DNA from: an uncultured Candidatus Rokubacteria bacterium
GTDB taxonomy: Bacteria; Methylomirabilota; Methylomirabilia; Rokubacteriales; CSP1-6
DNA length: 64,000 bases
Direction of reading: 5' to 3'
NCBI GenBank assembly: GCA_963734175.1
Contig: CAVTGC010000004.1
Location: forward strand, 967,875 to 1,031,874
Part shown: positions 49,030 through 59,659 of the stretch, one piece after another
Layout: each line of letters starts with the position of its first letter
Position numbering within the stretch: position 1 is the stretch's first letter
Position numbers and translations under genes: made by a program
The notes under the pieces: model-generated
Seen by the model: the letters and a program-made list of their open reading frames with translations, nothing else
Told to the model about the DNA's origin: nothing
Databases searched by the model: none

Positions 49030-49754
49030 CGCGAGATCCCCTCCCAGTGCCGCGTGAGCTGCGCCGCCACCTCGGCCGGCCGTTCCAGCGGCCACCAGTG
49101 ACGGCATCCCGGGAGCAGCGTGAACCGCGCGCCGGTCCGCGCGGCAAGCCGCTCGCCCCACGTGGGGGCGGCGTAGGGATCGAGCTCGCCCCACAGGACC
49201 AGGCCCGGCGCCGTGAGCCGCGCCAGGTCGGGCGTCCACTCCGCGCCGACCGTGAGGGCCGAGCGGTAGAGCCGAAGGATGCAGCGCTTCATCGTGTCGT
49301 CCACGCGAGCGCCGGTCTCGCGGGCGTCGGCCGGCGGCACGCCTTCCTCCGGCAGCCCCTTCTCCAGCGCGGCGGCGGTGAACTTCGTCATGAACTGCTC
49401 GCCCACCTCCGGCGTCTGCCAGATCTGGGCGACCTTGTGCCAGACGTACTCGGGATCGAGCGGGCCGGAGCCGATCGCCCAGCTCCGCACGCGATCCGGC
49501 CGCAGGCACGCGGCCCGCAGGGCGAGGATCGCACCCCAGTCGTGGCCGACGAGATCGACCGGTCCGTCGATGGCGGCGAGCTGTTCGACCACCCAGGCCG
49601 CGTAGGCGTCCTTCGTGGGGTCGAACCCCGCGGGGGCCGGATTGCCGAACCCCGGCAGGCTCAGCGTGACGACGTCACGCCGGCCGAGGTGCCCGAGGAC
49701 CGCGTGCCACACCCGCGCGGTGTCGGGCACGCCGTGCACGAAGACGGCGGTCAC
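49026..49754 (-). CDS. alpha/beta hydrolase
   Basis: Has 'VFVHGVPD' and 'LVGHDWG' nucleophile elbow. Confidence 0.8.
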   Translation of the reverse strand: MTAVFVHGVPDTARVWHAVLGHLGRRDVVTLSLPGFGNPAPAGFDPTKDAYAAWVVEQLAAIDGPVDLVGHDWGAILALRAACLRPDRVRSWAIGSGPLDPEYVWHKVAQIWQTPEVGEQFMTKFTAAALEKGLPEEGVPPADARETGARVDDTMKRCILRLYRSALTVGAEWTPDLARLTAPGLVLWGELDPYAAPTWGERLAARTGARFTLLPGCRHWWPLERPAEVAAQLTRHWEGISR

Positions 49755-49755
49755 C

Positions 49756-50991
49756 TCAGACCCCGGTCCCGGCCGCGCGCTCCTTCGCCGCCATCTTGGC
49801 CTTCAGCTCCTCGGGCGTGAGGCGCACGATGTCCTCGTTCTGATGGGCGTAGAGCTTGTAGGTGTCGGCATCCTCGCCCTCCAGACGCACCCTTCCGGCC
49901 AGCACGTCGGCCTTCCAGCGGGCGTGTGCCTCCTCGCGCGCGTGAAACTCCGGCATGACCTCGCGCGCGAACAGCTCGAGACTGCGGCAGATGTCGGCGT
50001 GGGCGGTGCGGCCGGCCTGGGCGAGCAGGATGACCTGGTCCACGCCGGTCGACTCGAACTCGCGCAGCCGGCGGCGGATCGTCTCGGGCGAGCCGATCAG
50101 CCCGCTGCGCAAGGTCTCCTGCGCCTTGTCCGTCCCGCGCCATTCCTGGTAGGCCTCCCACATGTTCCCCTCGCCGGGGTTGGGGATGCCGTGGCGCCCG
50201 TAGTGGCTCAGGCAGAACACGAAGAACGTCCAGCCCGAGGCCTTGGCCAGCGCCTCCTCGTCGGTGGGGGCGCACATGAAGCCGCTGACCATGGCGATGT
50301 TCGGGTTCGTCGGATACTCGGCGAGCTTGGCGAGGTTCTGCGTCAGCTCCAGATAGTAGCGGTTCACCCACGCCCGGGCGGCGTCCGGCGAGACGAACTG
50401 GAAGCCGAGCGCGCCCATGCCCCAGCGGCCGGCGCTGGCGATGGTCTGGATGTTCGAGCACGCCACCCACAGCGGCGGGTGCGGCTTCTGCATCGGCTTG
50501 GGCACGACGTTGCGCGCGGGGAAGTCGAAGTACTCGCCGTGCCACTCGTGCTTCTCCGTCGTGAAGGCGGGGATGAGCGCCCGCACCGATTCCTCCCACA
50601 CCTCGCGCTTGTCGCGCACGCGTCGGCCGAAGGGGTGCAGCTCGACCGGCCCCTGCCCCTCGCCCAGCCCCAGCTCGACGCGGCCGCCCGAGAGCAGGTC
50701 GAGGGTCGCCACCCGCTCGGCCACGCGAATGGGATGGTTGGTGGGAAGCTGGATGATGCCGTGGCCCAGGCGGATGCGCGTCGTGCGCTGGGTCGCCGCT
50801 CCCAGGAAGACCTCGGGCGCCGAGCAGTGCGAGTACTCCTCGAGGAAGTGGTGCTCGACCGACCACGCGTAGTCGAAGCCGAGCCGGTCGGCCAGCTCGA
50901 TCTGCGTCAGCGCGTCCTGCAGCAGCTGGTACTCGCTCCGCTCGCCCCACGGCCGGGGCAGCTGCAGCTCGTAGAAGATGCCGAACTTCAC
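49756..50991 (-). CDS. LLM-class flavin-dependent oxidoreductase (luciferase-like monooxygenase)
   Basis: 'MKFGIFYELQLPRPW' is typical of LLM. Length 411 aa. Confidence 0.8.
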   Translation of the reverse strand: MKFGIFYELQLPRPWGERSEYQLLQDALTQIELADRLGFDYAWSVEHHFLEEYSHCSAPEVFLGAATQRTTRIRLGHGIIQLPTNHPIRVAERVATLDLLSGGRVELGLGEGQGPVELHPFGRRVRDKREVWEESVRALIPAFTTEKHEWHGEYFDFPARNVVPKPMQKPHPPLWVACSNIQTIASAGRWGMGALGFQFVSPDAARAWVNRYYLELTQNLAKLAEYPTNPNIAMVSGFMCAPTDEEALAKASGWTFFVFCLSHYGRHGIPNPGEGNMWEAYQEWRGTDKAQETLRSGLIGSPETIRRRLREFESTGVDQVILLAQAGRTAHADICRSLELFAREVMPEFHAREEAHARWKADVLAGRVRLEGEDADTYKLYAHQNEDIVRLTPEELKAKMAAKERAAGTGV

Positions 50992-51076
50992 CGGGGCCTC
51001 CTCGTCCCGGCCGCTCGAACGGTGCGACCGGCATCCGGGAGCGTACGGGACGGGGGCCCCGAGAACAAGCGGTGGG

Positions 51077-51598
51077 TCAGTGCGTGGAGGACACCTTGCC
51101 GGTCTTCTCGTACTGCTCGACGGCCTTCTTGAGGTCGCGGTACTCCGAGCACGGCAGGAAGCACAGCGAGTCGAGGCGAGCCAGGTGCTCCTTCGCTTTG
51201 GCCACGTTGCCGAGCATCAGATAGGCCTCGCCGATGTACTCGTGGGCGCCCCGGTGCTTGGGGTTGATGGCCAGCGCCTTCTCGTAGAGGGGCAGCGAGG
51301 CGGCCGGGTCGCCCTGGCGGCGGGTAGCGTAGGCGAGCCAGTTGAACGCGTCGGCGTTGCGGGGATCCCGGCCGACCGCGCGTTGCAGCAGGGGGATCGC
51401 CTCCGCGAACCGATCGGCCTTGATCGCCCGCACCCCGGCGGTGTAGTCGGGGTCAGCCGGGGTCGCGCCGGAGGAACTGGGGCGGTCGCCGTCGCCGCCA
51501 CCCCCGCCGTCGGCCCGGGCGAGGGCGGGCAGCCCCGCCCCGAGCAGGAGCATCAGGGTTGCGACCAGGACGGCACGTCGTCGCCACGGCATGGTCAT
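51077..51598 (-). CDS. secreted TPR-repeat protein
   Basis: GGAGGA RBS, then ATG. Has a signal peptide, a Gly/Asp-rich linker and TPR repeats. Confidence 0.65.
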   Translation of the reverse strand: MTMPWRRRAVLVATLMLLLGAGLPALARADGGGGGDGDRPSSSGATPADPDYTAGVRAIKADRFAEAIPLLQRAVGRDPRNADAFNWLAYATRRQGDPAASLPLYEKALAINPKHRGAHEYIGEAYLMLGNVAKAKEHLARLDSLCFLPCSEYRDLKKAVEQYEKTGKVSSTH

Positions 51599-51703
51599 GG
51601 CGTCCTCCAATCCTCTCGCCCAGGGTGGAATCGGTACCTTGGAGCAACGCCGGGCGCTGTCCGGCCGTTCCCTGCCCGCGAGAGTACCGTATGATGGCCG
51701 GCC

Positions 51704-52651
51704 ATGAGCGAAGAGATCCTCCGGAAGCTCGTGACGCAGGTGCGGAACTGGGGCAAGTGGGGGCCGGACGACGAGATCGGCACCCTGAACTACATCACCC
51801 CCGACGCGATCGCGGCCGCCGCCCGGCTGGCCACGACGGGCAAGGTGTTCGCGCTCGGCATCCCGCTCCAGCGTGAGGGGCCGCAGAGTGGGACCCGCGC
51901 GCGCTTCAACCCGATCCATGCCATGTTCCGCGACGGCGGCGACCAGCCGCGGACGCCGGCCGAGGTACGGGAGATGCAGGGATACGGCGGCTCCGACGAC
52001 TGGATCGTCATGCCCCTGCAGTGCGTGACCCAGTGGGACAGCCTCGCCCACATCTTTTACGAGGGCAAGATGTGGAACGGCTACGACGCCAACCTCGTGA
52101 CCAGCAGCGGCGCGGCCAAGAACAGCATCGACAAGACGACGAACAAGATCGTGGGCCGCGGCGTGCTGCTGGACGTGGCGCGCTACAAGGGCGTCCGCGC
52201 GCTCGAGCCCGGCTACGCGATCACGGTGGCGGACCTGGAGGGCACGGCGGCCGCGGCCAAGGTCGAGGTGAAGCGCGGCGATATCCTGCTGGTCCGCACC
52301 GGTCACATGAGCCGGTACCTCGACAAGAAGGACTGGCGCCACTACGACCTCGACGACTTTCCAGGCGTGTCCGCCTACGCGGCCCCCTGGCTGCACGACA
52401 AGGAGATCGCGGCCATCGGCTGCGACAACTACGCGGTGGAGGTGCGGCCGTCCGAGATCGCCGGCTTCCGCAACCCGTTCCACGTCCTGGCGATCCCCAA
52501 CATGGGGCTCACGCTCGGCGAGATCTTCTACCTGGAAGATCTGGCCACCGACTGCGCAGCCGACGGCCGCTACGCGTTCCTGCTCGTGGCGCCGCCGCTG
52601 CCGGTCACCCGCGGCGTCGGCACGCCGATCAATCCCTACGCGATCAAGTGA
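51704..52651 (+). CDS. cyclase family protein (kynurenine formamidase-like)
   Basis: 315 aa with a putative-cyclase fold pattern. Confidence 0.75.
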   Translation: MSEEILRKLVTQVRNWGKWGPDDEIGTLNYITPDAIAAAARLATTGKVFALGIPLQREGPQSGTRARFNPIHAMFRDGGDQPRTPAEVREMQGYGGSDDWIVMPLQCVTQWDSLAHIFYEGKMWNGYDANLVTSSGAAKNSIDKTTNKIVGRGVLLDVARYKGVRALEPGYAITVADLEGTAAAAKVEVKRGDILLVRTGHMSRYLDKKDWRHYDLDDFPGVSAYAAPWLHDKEIAAIGCDNYAVEVRPSEIAGFRNPFHVLAIPNMGLTLGEIFYLEDLATDCAADGRYAFLLVAPPLPVTRGVGTPINPYAIK

Positions 52652-52708
52652 CGTCCTCGGGCCGAGCGTGCACTCCGCGCCCGGCCCGTGGCGTTCCGCC
52701 GGCAGGCC

Positions 52709-53773
52709 TCACTCTCCGAGCACGACGACGTCCGCCGGGTCGAGCACGACCACCGTCGGCTCGCCCGGGCTCGGCGCGGGCGAAGCCGCCCCGGCCGCGA
52801 CCTCGGCCCGGAGTGTGACGTTGCCCGCCAGCGTCACCTCGCAGTCGTAGCGCCCGCCGAGGAACACCGCGGCACCGATCTGGCCCGGGAAGTGATTCGG
52901 GCCGGTGGCGGGGGCCGCCACCAACCGGACCGCCTCGGGACGCACCAGGCACAGCACCCGCGCGCCGGCGGCAATCTCGTTCCCGCCGACCACCAGGCGG
53001 ACGCCCTCGGCGAGTCGCACGGCATCGCCGCCCGGCTCCACCGTGCCGGCCAGCACGTTCGTCCCACCCAGGAAGTCGGCGACGAAGCGCGTGCGCGGGT
53101 GGCGGTAGACCTCGAGCGGCGTGCCGAGCTGCACGAGGGCGCCGCGGTCGAGCACGGCCAGCCGGCTGGATAGCGCCATCGCCTCGTCCTGGTCGTGGGT
53201 GACGTAGACCGTGGTCACGCCGAGCTCGCGATGCAGGCGGCGCAGCTCCACGCGCATCTGCGCACGCAACCGGGCGTCCAGGTTGGACAGCGGCTCGTCG
53301 AGCAGCAGCGCGCGCGGCTGCAGCACCAGGGTGCGGGCCAGCGCCACCCGTTGCTGCTGGCCGCCCGAGAGCTGGCCGGGGCGTCGAGTCTCCAGCCCTT
53401 CGAGCCCCACCATGCGCAGCGCCGCGGCCACCCGCTGACGCCGCTCGGCCTTCGGCACCCGGCGCTCGCGCAGGCCGAAGGCCACGTGCTCGAAGACCGA
53501 GAGATGGGGCCACAGCGCGTAATTCTGGAACACCAGCCCGAGGTCGCGGCGCCACGGCGGCACGCCGGCGATCGGCCGCCCGTCGAAGAGGATCTCGCCC
53601 TCGGTCGGCTCGAGGAAGCCGGCCAGCATCCGCAGCACGGTGGTCTTGCCGCACCCCGACGGCCCGAGCAGCGTGAAGAACTCGCCGGGCGCCACCGTGA
53701 GGCTCACGTGGCGCACGGCCCACGTGGCGCCGTAGCGGTGGCCGACGTCCCGGAGCTCGATCTCGGCGGCCAT
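52709..53773 (-). CDS. ABC transporter ATP-binding protein (Fe3+/spermidine-putrescine type, C-terminal TOBE domain)
   Basis: Has Walker A 'GPSGCGKTT', 'LSGGQQQRVALAR' and 'LLLDEP'. Confidence 0.85.
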   Translation of the reverse strand: MAAEIELRDVGHRYGATWAVRHVSLTVAPGEFFTLLGPSGCGKTTVLRMLAGFLEPTEGEILFDGRPIAGVPPWRRDLGLVFQNYALWPHLSVFEHVAFGLRERRVPKAERRQRVAAALRMVGLEGLETRRPGQLSGGQQQRVALARTLVLQPRALLLDEPLSNLDARLRAQMRVELRRLHRELGVTTVYVTHDQDEAMALSSRLAVLDRGALVQLGTPLEVYRHPRTRFVADFLGGTNVLAGTVEPGGDAVRLAEGVRLVVGGNEIAAGARVLCLVRPEAVRLVAAPATGPNHFPGQIGAAVFLGGRYDCEVTLAGNVTLRAEVAAGAASPAPSPGEPTVVVLDPADVVVLGE

Positions 53774-55443
53774 CAGACCCGGAAGGCGGCGCCGGCGCCG
53801 CGGTCGGTGAGCCGGTTGACCAGCCAGGTGCCCGTGAACACCAGCACGATCGCCACCACGCCGAGCGCCGCCCCGGCCCCGCGACCGACGGCCGACTGCA
53901 TGTAGACGTAGATCCCGTACGACAGCGGGCCCAGCTCGATGCGCGGCACCAGCAGGATGGTGGAGGACAGCTCGACCGCCGAGGTCACGAACGCGATGAG
54001 GCCGCCGGCCACCAGGCCGCGCGCCATCAGCGGCAGCGTGATCCGCCGGAACGTGCGACGGGGCGGCGCGCCGAGGCTCTGCGCCGACTCCTCCATCGAC
54101 ACGTGCAGCTGCTGCAGGGTGGCGTAGGCGGCCCGTACCGTGTACGGCAGGCGCCGTACCGCGTACGCGATGACGAGGATGATCCACAGCGAGGTGAGCG
54201 GCGCCTCGACGCCGGGCACCTGCCAGCCGTGGAAGACGCGCAGGTACCCGATGGCGAGGACGACGCCGGGGACCGCCAGCGGCACGGTGGCGATGGTGTC
54301 GAGCAGCCCACGCCCGGGCAGACGCGTGCGCAGCAGGAGCCAGGCAATGGCCGCCCCCAGGACGACGTCGATGCCGGCGGCCAGCACCGCGTAGCGCACC
54401 GTGTTCCACACGAAGTGCGGCGCCCGGACGAGGATCTCGCCGTAGTTGTCGAGCGTCCACCGGGTCGGCAGGTAGGAGAACGACCACACCTTGGAGAACG
54501 ACAGCACGACGATGCCGACGTGAGGGAGCAGGGCGACGCCGAGCAGCAGACCAGCCAGCGCCCAGGCGCCGGCGGCGCGGGCGCCCGTGAGGCGCCGCGG
54601 AACCCGCTCCGGCCCGCGGGCCAGCGACGCCCACTCGCCCCGGCCCAGCAGGGCCTTGGCGCCCCACAGCGCCAGCAGGGAGATGGCGACGAGGATCACG
54701 CAGATCACGTAGCCGTCGACGTCGTTCATCCCGACCGTCGTCACCCGGAGATAGGCCTGAGGAGCCAGCAGCTTGGGATAGTTCAGCATCAGCGGGGTGC
54801 CGAGGTCGTCGATGACGCGGATGAAGGTCAGCAGGGCGCCGGCCACGTAGCCGGGCAGCGCCAGCGGCAGGGTCACGCGCATGAACAGCCGCCAGCCGTG
54901 GCAGCCGAGCGTCTGGGCAGCCTCCTCGGCGGCCGGGTCGATGCCGGCCAGCGCGGCCGCGGTGTTGACGAGGATGAACGGGAAGTAGTGGAGCGTCTGC
55001 ACGAGGACGACCCCCGTCAGCCCGTCCATGAAGGGCACCGACACGCCGGCCAGGTCGAGGAGAGCCAGGTTCACCACCCCGCTGCGCCCGAGCACCTGCT
55101 GGAAGGCCACCGCTCCCACGAACGGCGGGATGACGAGCGGCAGCACCGCGAGGGTCTGGACGAGAGCCCGGCCGGGGAAGTCACACCGGGCAAGCAGCAG
55201 GGCCAGCGGCAGCGCGATGAGGCTGCCGAAGAGGACGGCGGCGGCCCCGGCCACGAACGTGTTGGCGGTGGCTTCCAGGAACAGGGCGCGCCGGAAGAAG
55301 CTGCCCAGGTGGGCGAGCGTCGGCCCGTCCGGCCCCGTCACGGCCACCGCGAGCACCCGGATCAGGGGGTAGGCAACGAACACGCCGAGGAGCGCCAAGA
55401 GCGCGCCGAACATGGCGATCTGCCCGAGGGGGCGGGTGGTCAT
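53773..55443 (-). CDS. ABC transporter permease, fused two-domain (iron(III)/thiamine-type)
   Basis: About 556 aa with two repeated 6-TM permease domains. Confidence 0.8.
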   Translation of the reverse strand: MTTRPLGQIAMFGALLALLGVFVAYPLIRVLAVAVTGPDGPTLAHLGSFFRRALFLEATANTFVAGAAAVLFGSLIALPLALLLARCDFPGRALVQTLAVLPLVIPPFVGAVAFQQVLGRSGVVNLALLDLAGVSVPFMDGLTGVVLVQTLHYFPFILVNTAAALAGIDPAAEEAAQTLGCHGWRLFMRVTLPLALPGYVAGALLTFIRVIDDLGTPLMLNYPKLLAPQAYLRVTTVGMNDVDGYVICVILVAISLLALWGAKALLGRGEWASLARGPERVPRRLTGARAAGAWALAGLLLGVALLPHVGIVVLSFSKVWSFSYLPTRWTLDNYGEILVRAPHFVWNTVRYAVLAAGIDVVLGAAIAWLLLRTRLPGRGLLDTIATVPLAVPGVVLAIGYLRVFHGWQVPGVEAPLTSLWIILVIAYAVRRLPYTVRAAYATLQQLHVSMEESAQSLGAPPRRTFRRITLPLMARGLVAGGLIAFVTSAVELSSTILLVPRIELGPLSYGIYVYMQSAVGRGAGAALGVVAIVLVFTGTWLVNRLTDRGAGAAFRV

Positions 55444-55498
55444 CGGCCCCGAATATAGGCGATGAATCCGCCGGGACCTTTGCAATGATAGTTGGGCC

Positions 55499-56299
55499 AT
55501 GCGAATCCTCGTCGTCGACGACTCGTCCCCGCACCGTCGTCTGCTCACCGCCCTGTTCGGGCGCGCCGGTCACGAGGTCCTGACGGCCGGTGACGGTACG
55601 GTGGCCCTCGAGATCCTGGACCGCGAGTCGATCGACGCCATCGTCTCCGACGTGAAGATGCCGAAGATGGATGGCTTCCAGCTCTGCCGCGCGATCCGCC
55701 AGGACCAGCGCTGGCGCCGGCTGCCCTTCATCTTCTACAGCAGCATCTTCATCGGCGACGCCTCCCACGACTTCGGCCGCGACCTCGGGGCCACCGCCTA
55801 TCTCGACGCCAAGGAGATCGCCCCCAACCAGGTGGCCAAGGAGCTCGAGGTCCTCGTCGCCCGTCACGTGCGGGAAGAGTACGACGAGACGCTGGGCCGG
55901 CTCCTGGGCGACGTCGAGTTCGCCCGCCGCTACCACCAGGTGGTGTTGGACTCGCTCGCCCACGGCGGCGCCGAGGACGTGCGCGAGCTGGTCGCCGCCA
56001 GCGCCAAGGCGCTCGACGACGTGGTGGCGCGCCTGGACGCCGAGCGGCAGACGATGGCCGAGGCCCAGCGCGACGTGGCGTCCGCCGAGCTGGCGCTGCT
56101 GCGGGAGCTCGGCGAGTACCTGGGCGACCGCATCAACAACCCGCTGGCGGTGATCCTGGCCAGCGCCCAGCTGCTGCAGATGAAGGAGCGCTCGTCGGCG
56201 ACGAGCGAGGCCGCCGCCCGCATCGGCGAGGCAGTGAGCCGGATCAACGGGGTCGTGCGCGAGATCGCGATCCGCAGCGGCGAGATGCCGCGCGCCTGA
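55499..56299 (+). CDS. response-regulator receiver protein with C-terminal HisKA-like helix (no His, no ATPase domain)
   Basis: The REC domain has 'ILVVDDS' and 'VSDVKMPKMDG'. The C-terminal 'LGDRINNPLAVILASAQLL' resembles an H-box with Arg in place of His. Confidence 0.75.
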   Translation: MRILVVDDSSPHRRLLTALFGRAGHEVLTAGDGTVALEILDRESIDAIVSDVKMPKMDGFQLCRAIRQDQRWRRLPFIFYSSIFIGDASHDFGRDLGATAYLDAKEIAPNQVAKELEVLVARHVREEYDETLGRLLGDVEFARRYHQVVLDSLAHGGAEDVRELVAASAKALDDVVARLDAERQTMAEAQRDVASAELALLRELGEYLGDRINNPLAVILASAQLLQMKERSSATSEAAARIGEAVSRINGVVREIAIRSGEMPRA

Positions 56300-56305
56300 C
56301 CCCGC

Positions 56306-57727
56306 TCAGCGGGTGGCGGCCACGGCCTGCTCGGCCACCGCCCGCGCCTTCGCGTAGCCGGCCTTGGCGGCGGCGTCCCACTCTCCCTCGTAGCGAGCCT
56401 TCACCTCGGCCTTGCCCTTGAAGTCGTCATTCAGCGTCTTGCTCGCCGCCTTCTCGTCCAGCGGCACCGCCGAGGCCAGCCCCCGGGCCTCGCGCAGCAG
56501 CGCCTCCGCGCGGTCCACGCTCTTGCCGGCCGCCCGGGCCTTGGCCACCGCGGCGCCCGCCTGGTGGATGGCGCCCCACGCGCCCTTCAGCTCGGCGTGG
56601 CGGAACGTCACGCACTGGTCGAACAGCGCGTTGACCAGGTTGATGCGGGCGGAGGACAGCTTCGCGTCGAACTTCACGCCGCCGAGCTTCAGCTGGAACG
56701 GGTTGGGATAGCCCTTCGGCGCCTTCGCGTAGAGGGCGGGGACCACCGGCAACCGGCCGATCTCCGGGGTGAACAGCAAGGCCTGGCCGGCGTCGGAGAG
56801 CAGGTAGTGGATGAACTTCACGGCGTTGTCGCCGTTGGGGCCGTTCTTCACCTTGCCCACCGAGGCTGGCACCACCGCGGTCAGCGACGGGTAGGCGAAG
56901 TCGACCGGCTGGCCGGAGGCGATGGCCGACAGCCCGAAGAAGTCGATCACCACGCCGACGCCGGCCTGGCCGGAGATGACGGCCTCGGGAGCGCCGAACG
57001 AGCGCTCGGTGATGGTGGCCATGTTCCCGCCGGAGGCGAGCAGCAGCTCCCAGCCCTTCTGCCACCCGTACGCCTGCAAGATGACCTCGACCGTCAGGTG
57101 GGTGGTCCCGCTACGCGAGGGGGCGCTCATGACCAGATGGCCGTGATAGCGGGGATCGGCCAGATCCACCCACTCCTTCGGCGCCGGCAGCTTGTTGGCC
57201 TGCAGGTACCGCGTGTTCCACATCAGCCCGTAGCCGGAGACGGCGAAGCCGAAGTACGTCCCATCGGGATCGTGAATCGGAAAGTCCCCGACGCTGGCCG
57301 GAATCCGCCCCGCCAGCTCCTTCGGCAACACCACGCGATCCAGCAGCCCCTCCTGCTTCAGCGTCAGGAACGCATCGACCGACGACACCCAGAAGATGTC
57401 CGCATCCGGCTTCGCCTTCGTCTCCCGCAGATACGTCACACCCTGATTCGTCTGCTGCTGCTTGACGACAACCTTCACCCCCGGCGTAACCGCCTCGAAC
57501 GCCTTCTTGTACCCCTCAAACAACTCCTTCGGGAACGACGTCACCACCACGACTTCACCCGACTGCCCCCACGCAGGAGTCGCCACCACTCCGGCTCCAC
57601 CCACGGTGAGCAGAGCGATGAGAAGGGTCCAGATGCGAGGCGCGGCCTGAGTCCCCGACTGAGACGTGGCCCGGCCACGTCGCAGGGAGGGGCGAAGGCC
57701 GCAACGAAGCAGATGGGCCCTTATCAT
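56306..57727 (-). CDS. ABC transporter substrate-binding protein (iron(III)/family 1-like) with Ala/Lys-rich C-terminal extension
   Basis: Signal peptide, then an SBP body. It has an extra C-terminal tail of about 120 aa. Confidence 0.75.
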   Translation of the reverse strand: MIRAHLLRCGLRPSLRRGRATSQSGTQAAPRIWTLLIALLTVGGAGVVATPAWGQSGEVVVVTSFPKELFEGYKKAFEAVTPGVKVVVKQQQTNQGVTYLRETKAKPDADIFWVSSVDAFLTLKQEGLLDRVVLPKELAGRIPASVGDFPIHDPDGTYFGFAVSGYGLMWNTRYLQANKLPAPKEWVDLADPRYHGHLVMSAPSRSGTTHLTVEVILQAYGWQKGWELLLASGGNMATITERSFGAPEAVISGQAGVGVVIDFFGLSAIASGQPVDFAYPSLTAVVPASVGKVKNGPNGDNAVKFIHYLLSDAGQALLFTPEIGRLPVVPALYAKAPKGYPNPFQLKLGGVKFDAKLSSARINLVNALFDQCVTFRHAELKGAWGAIHQAGAAVAKARAAGKSVDRAEALLREARGLASAVPLDEKAASKTLNDDFKGKAEVKARYEGEWDAAAKAGYAKARAVAEQAVAATR

Positions 57728-57732
57728 CGCTC

Positions 57733-58905
57733 TCAGATCCCGAAGGCGTCACAGCCGGTTATGTCCCGGCCCACGATCAGCGTGTGGATATCGTGCGTCC
57801 CCTCGTACGTATTCACCGTCTCCAGATTCATCATGTGGCGGATGATCGGATGCTCGTCCACGATGCCGGCCGCCCCCAGGACGTCGCGGGCCAGGCGGGC
57901 CGAGTCGAGCGCCATCTGGACGTTGTTCATCTTGGCCATCGACACCTGCTGCGGTCGCAGCGTGCCGGCGTCCTTGAGCCGGCCGAGCTGCAGCACCAGG
58001 AGCTGGGCCTTGGTGATCTCGGTGATCATCCACACGAGCTTCTGCTGCACGAGCTGGAACGAGGCGATCGGCTTCCCGAACTGGATGCGTTGCTGCGCGT
58101 ACTGCAGCGACCAGTCGTAGCAGCCCATGGCGGCGCCGACGGCGCCCCACGCGATGCCGTAGCGCGCCTGGTTGAGGCAGCCGAGCGGCCCTCGCAGCCC
58201 CTTCACCTTGGGGAACTTGTTGGCGAGCGGGATCTTGCAGTCCTGGAAGGCCAGCTCGGAGGTGATCGAGGCCCGCATCGAGAACTTGCCGTGGATGTCG
58301 AGCGTCGAGAAGCCGGGCGTTCCCCGCTCGACCAGGTAGCCGTAGATCTCGCCGTCGTCCTCCTTGGCCCACACCACCGCGATGTCGGCGATGGAGCCGT
58401 TGGTGATCCACAGCTTGGTGCCATTGAGCACGTAGCTGTCGCCCACCCGCCGGGCCCGCGTCTTCATCGAGCCGGGGTCGGAGCCGTGGTCCGGCTCGGT
58501 GAGGCCGAAGCAACCGACCTTCTCGCCGGTGGCGAGCTTCGGCAGCCACTGGTCCTTCTGCGCGTCGGAGCCGTAGGCGTAGATCGGGTACATGACGAGG
58601 CCGCTCTGCACGGACGCGGCCGAGCGCAGCCCGGAGTCGCCGCGCTCCAGCTCCTGCATGATCAGGCCGTAGGCGACGTTGTTGAGCCCCGCGCAGCCGT
58701 AGCCCTTGAGGGTGGCGCCGAACACGCCCAGCTCGCCCAGCTTCGGAATGAGCTCGACCGGGAACGTTCCCGCCCGGTGATGCTCGGCCACGACCGGCAG
58801 GAACTCGGCCTCCACCCAGTCGCGGACGGCGTCGCGGATCATGCGCTCGTCCTCGGACAGCAGCCCCTCGATCCCGTAGTAGTCGACGCCCCGGAACTTC
58901 TCCAT
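57733..58905 (-). CDS. acyl-CoA dehydrogenase (glutaryl-CoA dehydrogenase-like)
   Basis: 390 aa with the ACAD fold pattern. Confidence 0.85.
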   Translation of the reverse strand: MEKFRGVDYYGIEGLLSEDERMIRDAVRDWVEAEFLPVVAEHHRAGTFPVELIPKLGELGVFGATLKGYGCAGLNNVAYGLIMQELERGDSGLRSAASVQSGLVMYPIYAYGSDAQKDQWLPKLATGEKVGCFGLTEPDHGSDPGSMKTRARRVGDSYVLNGTKLWITNGSIADIAVVWAKEDDGEIYGYLVERGTPGFSTLDIHGKFSMRASITSELAFQDCKIPLANKFPKVKGLRGPLGCLNQARYGIAWGAVGAAMGCYDWSLQYAQQRIQFGKPIASFQLVQQKLVWMITEITKAQLLVLQLGRLKDAGTLRPQQVSMAKMNNVQMALDSARLARDVLGAAGIVDEHPIIRHMMNLETVNTYEGTHDIHTLIVGRDITGCDAFGI

Positions 58906-58962
58906 GACCTACCCCCTGAGTCCCGCGTGTCCCCCGCGGGCGATCGATCATACTATGGCGTC

Positions 58963-59658
58963 GTGGACGCCCGGCCCAAGGCGGTGGTGCTGCTCAGCGG
59001 CGGTGTGGACTCGACGACGGCGGCGGCGCTGACCGCGCGCGAGGGGTTCGCGCTGTATGCGCTGACGCTCGCCTACGGCCAGCGGCACGCGGCCGAGATC
59101 GAGGCGGCCCGGCGGGTAGCGGCCGCGCTCGGCGTTGCCCGTCACGAGGTGCTCACGATCGACCTGCGCGCCTTCGGCGGCTCTGCGCTGACCGCCGACC
59201 TCGAGGTGCCCAAGGACCGCGCGCTGGAGGCGATGGCCCACGGGATCCCGGTCACGTACGTCCCCGCCCGCAACACGATCTTCCTGTCGTTCGCGCTGGC
59301 GTGGGCCGAGGTGCTGGAGGCCAGCGACATCGTCATCGGCGTCAACGTCTACGACTATTCCGGCTATCCCGACTGCCGGCCGGAGTTCATCGAGGCGTTC
59401 GAGCGGATGGCCGGCCTGGCGACGAAGGCCGGCGTCGAGGGGCGTCAGCGGTTGCGCATCCGCACCCCGCTGATCCGCATGACCAAGGCCGAGATCATCC
59501 GAGCGGGGACGGCCGCCGGCGTCGACTACGCGCTCACACTGTCCTGCTACGACCCGGCGCCGGATGGGGCCGCCTGCGGCCGCTGCGATTCCTGCGCGCT
59601 TCGCCGCAAGGGGTTCGGCGAGGCCGACGTGCCCGATCCCACGCGCTACCGGCGCTGA
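58963..59658 (+). CDS. queC: 7-cyano-7-deazaguanine synthase QueC
   Basis: Has the '[11 protein letters not shown]' PP-loop and the C-terminal zinc cluster '[17 protein letters not shown]'. GTG start. Confidence 0.85.
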   Translation: MDARPKAVVLLSGGVDSTTAAALTAREGFALYALTLAYGQRHAAEIEAARRVAAALGVARHEVLTIDLRAFGGSALTADLEVPKDRALEAMAHGIPVTYVPARNTIFLSFALAWAEVLEASDIVIGVNVYDYSGYPDCRPEFIEAFERMAGLATKAGVEGRQRLRIRTPLIRMTKAEIIRAGTAAGVDYALTLSCYDPAPDGAACGRCDSCALRRKGFGEADVPDPTRYRR

Positions 59659-59659
59659 G

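Noticed and set aside
52652-52708. A GGGCCG...CGGCCC stem (52659-52664 and 52682-52687) between the convergent cyclase and ABC ATPase genes, considered as a bidirectional terminator.
   Set aside because: It has a 17-nt loop and no U/T tract on either side. It is kept only as a weak possibility.
56306-57727. The Ala/Lys-rich C-terminal tail of about 120 aa on the SBP, considered as a separate fused gene or a frameshift.
   Set aside because: It is in the same continuous frame with no internal stop. It is most simply a coiled-coil extension. It is noted in the feature list only.
58906-58962. A CCCGCG-tgtcccc-CGCGGG hairpin and a gatcgatc palindrome in the divergent acyl-CoA DH / queC region, considered as a riboswitch, for example preQ1.
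   Set aside because: It is too short and lacks the conserved preQ1 riboswitch features I can recall. It is more likely a simple GC-rich promoter-region palindrome.
58963-59658. The idea that queC, together with the DndB-like ORF at the left edge, marks a Dpd-type 7-deazaguanine DNA-modification system.
   Set aside because: The two genes are about 58 kb apart. No dpdA/tgt-like, queD, queE, folE or dpdC genes are present. queC here looks like a lone housekeeping queuosine-pathway gene.
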